Shown here: positions 11,039-13,617 of the stretch, piece by piece | How the letters are laid out: every line of letters starts with the position of its first letter | How positions within the stretch are numbered: the first letter of the stretch is position 1 | NCBI GenBank assembly: GCA_043228905.1 | Contig: JBHGNT010000938.1 | Location: 1 to 13,617, forward strand | Source: Azolla caroliniana | Taxonomy: Eukaryota; Plantae; Polypodiophyta | DNA length: 13,617 bases | Reading direction: 5' to 3' | Translations under genes and position numbers: made by a program | The notes under the pieces: generated by a model | What the model was told of the DNA's origin: nothing | Databases searched by the model: none | The model's input: the letters and a program-made list of their open reading frames with translations, nothing else

Positions 11039-12820
11039 GAGGAGCCCTTGAGTAAATGAAAATGTTCATACCTGGCTCGTGTAATATCGGATGTTTGTGT
11101 TCAAACATGCGAATCGAAGCTAACAACGCTAGCTATGATATGGAATTAAAAAATCAAGATTTTTGAATCTCAGGTCGAGAGACATGACTAAATTACCAAA
11201 TTTGAGGAGTTAGTTGAGAAGAGCCCTTGAGTAAATTAAAATGTTCATACCTGGCTCGTGTGATATCGGATGTTTGTGTTCAAACATGCGAATCGAAGCT
11301 AACAACCCTAGCTATGATATGGAATTAAAAAATCAAGATTTTGAAACTCAGGTCGAGAGACATGACGAAATTACCAAATTTGAGTAGTGAGTTGAGAGGA
11401 GCCCTTGAGTAAATGAAAATGTTCATACCTGGCTCGTGTAATATCGGATTTTTGTGTTCAAACATGCGAATCGAAGCTAACAACGCTAGCTATGATATGG
11501 AATTAAAAAATCAAGATTTTTGAATCTCAGGTCGAGAGAAATAACGAAATTACCAAATTTGAGAAGTGAGTTGAGAGGAGCCCTTGAGTAAATTAAAATG
11601 TTCATACCTGGCTCGTCTGATATCGGATGTTTGTGTTCAAACATGCGAATCGAAGCTAACAACGCTAGCTATGATATGGAATTAAAAAATCAAGATTTTG
11701 AAACTCCGGTCGAGAGACATGACGAAATTACCAAATTTGAATAGTCAGTTGATAGGAGCCCTTGAGTAAATGAAAATGTTCATACCTGGCTCGTGTAATA
11801 TCGGATTTTTGTGTTCAAACATACGTATCGAAGCTAATAACGCTAGCTATGATATGGAATTAAAAAATCAAGATTTTGAAACTCAGGTCTAGAGACATGA
11901 CGAAATTAGCAAACATGAGGAGGGAGTTGAGAGGAGCCCTTGAGTAAATAAATATGTTCATACCTGGCTCGTGTGATATCGGATTTTTGTGTTCAAACAT
12001 GCGAATCGAAGCTAACAACGCTAGCTATGATATGGAATTAAAAAATCAAGATTTTGAAACTCAGGTCGAGGGACATGACGAAATTACCAAATTTGAGGAG
12101 TGAGTGGAGAGGAGCCCTTGAGTAAATGAAAATGTTCATACCTGGCTCGTGTAATATCGGATTTTTATGTTCAAACATGGGAATCGAAGCTAATAACACT
12201 AGCTATGATATGGGGTTAAAAAAGCAAGATTTTGAAACTCAGGTCGAGAGACATGACGAAATTAGCAAACATGAGGAGGGAGTGGAGAGGAGCCCTTGAG
12301 TAAATGAAAATGTTCATACCTGGCTCGTGTGATATCGGATTTTTGTGTTCAAACATGCGAATCGAAGCTAACAACGCTAGCTATGATATGGAATTAAAAA
12401 ATCAAGATTTTGAAACTCCGGTCGAGAGACATGACGAAATTACAAAATTTGAGTAGTGAGTTTAGAGGAGCCCTTGAGTAAATGAAAATGTTCATACCTG
12501 GCTTGTGTGATATCGGATATTTGTGTTCAAACATGCGAATCGAAGCTAACAATGCTAGCTATGATATGGAATTAAAAAATCAAGATTTTGAAACTCAGGT
12601 CGAGAGACATGAAGAAATTACCAAATTTGAATAGTCAGTTGATAGGAGCCCTTGAGTAAATAAAAATGTTCATACCTAGCTCGTGTAATATCGGATTTTT
12701 GTGTTCAAACATACGTATCGAGGCTAATAACGCTAGCTATGATATGGAGTAAAAAAATCAAGATTTTGAAACTCAGGTCTAGAGACATGACGAAATTAGC
12801 AAACTTGAGGAGGGAGTTGA
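11039..12820. repeat. Complete 10-monomer higher-order repeat unit (1782 bp, M63-M72)
   Basis: Diagnostic variants recur in the same order at offset 1782: GGGGTTAAAAAGC (about 10430 and 12212), TACAAAA..GAGTTTAG (about 10660 and 12442), CTTGTG..GATATTT (about 10720 and 12502), GACTAAA..GAGTTAG (about 11187 and 12969). The ORF pair 10923/12705 is also 1782 apart. Confidence 0.9.
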
Positions 12821-13243
12821 GAGGAGCCCTTGAGTAAATGAAAATGTTCATACCTGGCTCGTGTAATATCGGATGTTTGTGTTCAAACATGCGAATCGAA
12901 GCTAACAACGCTAGCTATGATATGGAATTAAAAAATCAAGATTTTTGAATCTCAGGTCGAGAGACATGACTAAATTACCAAATTTGAGGAGTTAGTTGAG
13001 AAGAGCCCTTGAGTAAATTAAAATGTTCATACCTGGCTCGTGTGATATCGGATTTTTGTGTTCAAACATGCGAATCGAAGCTAACAACCCTAGCTATGAT
13101 ATGGAATTAAAAAATCAAGATTTTGAAACTCAGGTCGAGAGACATGACGAAATTACCAAATTTGAGTAGTGAGTTGAGAGGAGCCCTTGAGTAAATGAAA
13201 ATGTTCATACCTGGCTCGTGTAATATCGGATTTTTGTGTTCAA
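12821..13243. repeat. Truncated third copy of the HOR (M73, M74, 5' part of M75)
   Basis: Matches 11039-11461 apart from one visible difference, then switches at AAAGATG (about 13245) to sequence matching M39-M41. Confidence 0.82.
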
Positions 13244-13617
13244 AGATGCGAATCGAAGCTAACAACGCTAGCTATGATATGGAATTAAAAAATCAAGATT
13301 TTGAAACTCAGGTCGAGAGACATGATGAAATTACCAAATTTGAGGAGTGAGTTGAGAAGAGCTACGAGGTAAATTAAAATGTTCATACCTGGCTCGTGTG
13401 ATATCGGATTTTTGTGTTCAAACATGCGAATCGAAGCTAACAACGCTATCTATGATATGGAATTGAAAAATCAAGATTTTTGAATCTCAGGTCGAGAGAA
13501 ATAACGAAATTACCAAATTTGAGAAGTGAGTTGAGAGGAGCCCTTGAGTAAATTAAAATGTTCATACCTGGCTCGTCTGATATCGGAGTTTTGTGTTCAA
13601 ACATGCGAATCGAAGCT

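Larger units (their letters stand above)
1..13617. repeat. 178-bp tandem satellite array, about 76.5 monomers, likely centromeric/pericentromeric heterochromatin; runs off both window ends
   Basis: GAGGAGCCCTTGAGTAAA or a close variant recurs at 1, 179, 357 ... 5341 ... 9081 ... 12821, 13535. Approximate consensus: GAGGAGCCCTTGAGTAAATGAAAATGTTCATACCTGGCTCGTGTRATATCGGATTTTTGTGTTCAAACATGCGAATCGAAGCTAACAACGCTAGCTATGATATGGAATTAAAAAATCAAGATTTTGAAACTCAGGTCGAGAGACATGACGAAATTACCAAATTTGAGGAGTGAGTTGA. The repeated minus-strand ORFs are spaced at multiples of 178 (890, 534, 712, 1424, 534, 1780). The repeat is directly seen; the centromeric location is inferred from monomer size only. Confidence 0.98.

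Noticed and set aside
597-12908. Ten near-identical 67-aa minus-strand ORFs with a hydrophobic C-terminal half (MLASIRMFEHKNP...)
   Set aside because: They are translations of the satellite. They appear only where the GGAGTAAAAAAA variant removes a minus-strand TAA, they span monomer junctions, they start at non-ATG codons, and their hydrophobicity reflects T-rich sequence. There is no evidence of coding constraint.
1-13617. CRISPR array or repeat-spacer system
   Set aside because: There are no unique spacers. The entire 178-bp unit is repeated with only point variants, and no cas genes are present.
1-13617. Embedded transposon, inversion or telomeric repeat
   Set aside because: Monomer phase and orientation are continuous throughout apart from eight 1-bp indels, leaving no room for inserted sequence. 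No TTTAGGG or TTAGGG arrays were seen.

Overview
The whole 13,617-bp window is one uninterrupted head-to-tail satellite array of about 76.5 copies of a 178-bp monomer (monomer 1 is about 39% GC by hand count). It has no genes, transposon insertions or inversions. Monomer length and organisation are typical of eukaryotic centromeric, pericentromeric or other heterochromatic satellite. I do not recognise the family, and it does not resemble Arabidopsis CEN178 as I recall it despite the identical length. All listed ORFs are artefacts of the repeat. The interesting structure is in the variant pattern. The left part (about 1-7030) has exact 178-bp monomers and patchy block duplications. The right part has a young 10-monomer (1782-bp) higher-order repeat whose internal tetramer appears in 0, 1 and 2 copies, with reciprocal chimeric junction monomers. 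Other signals are an exact copy at a 36-monomer offset, a 28-bp dyad in each monomer that hosts all the indels, and deamination-type variants at all 7 CpGs. Monomers are numbered M1 (starts at 1) to M77 (starts at 13535, partial). All comparisons were made by eye.
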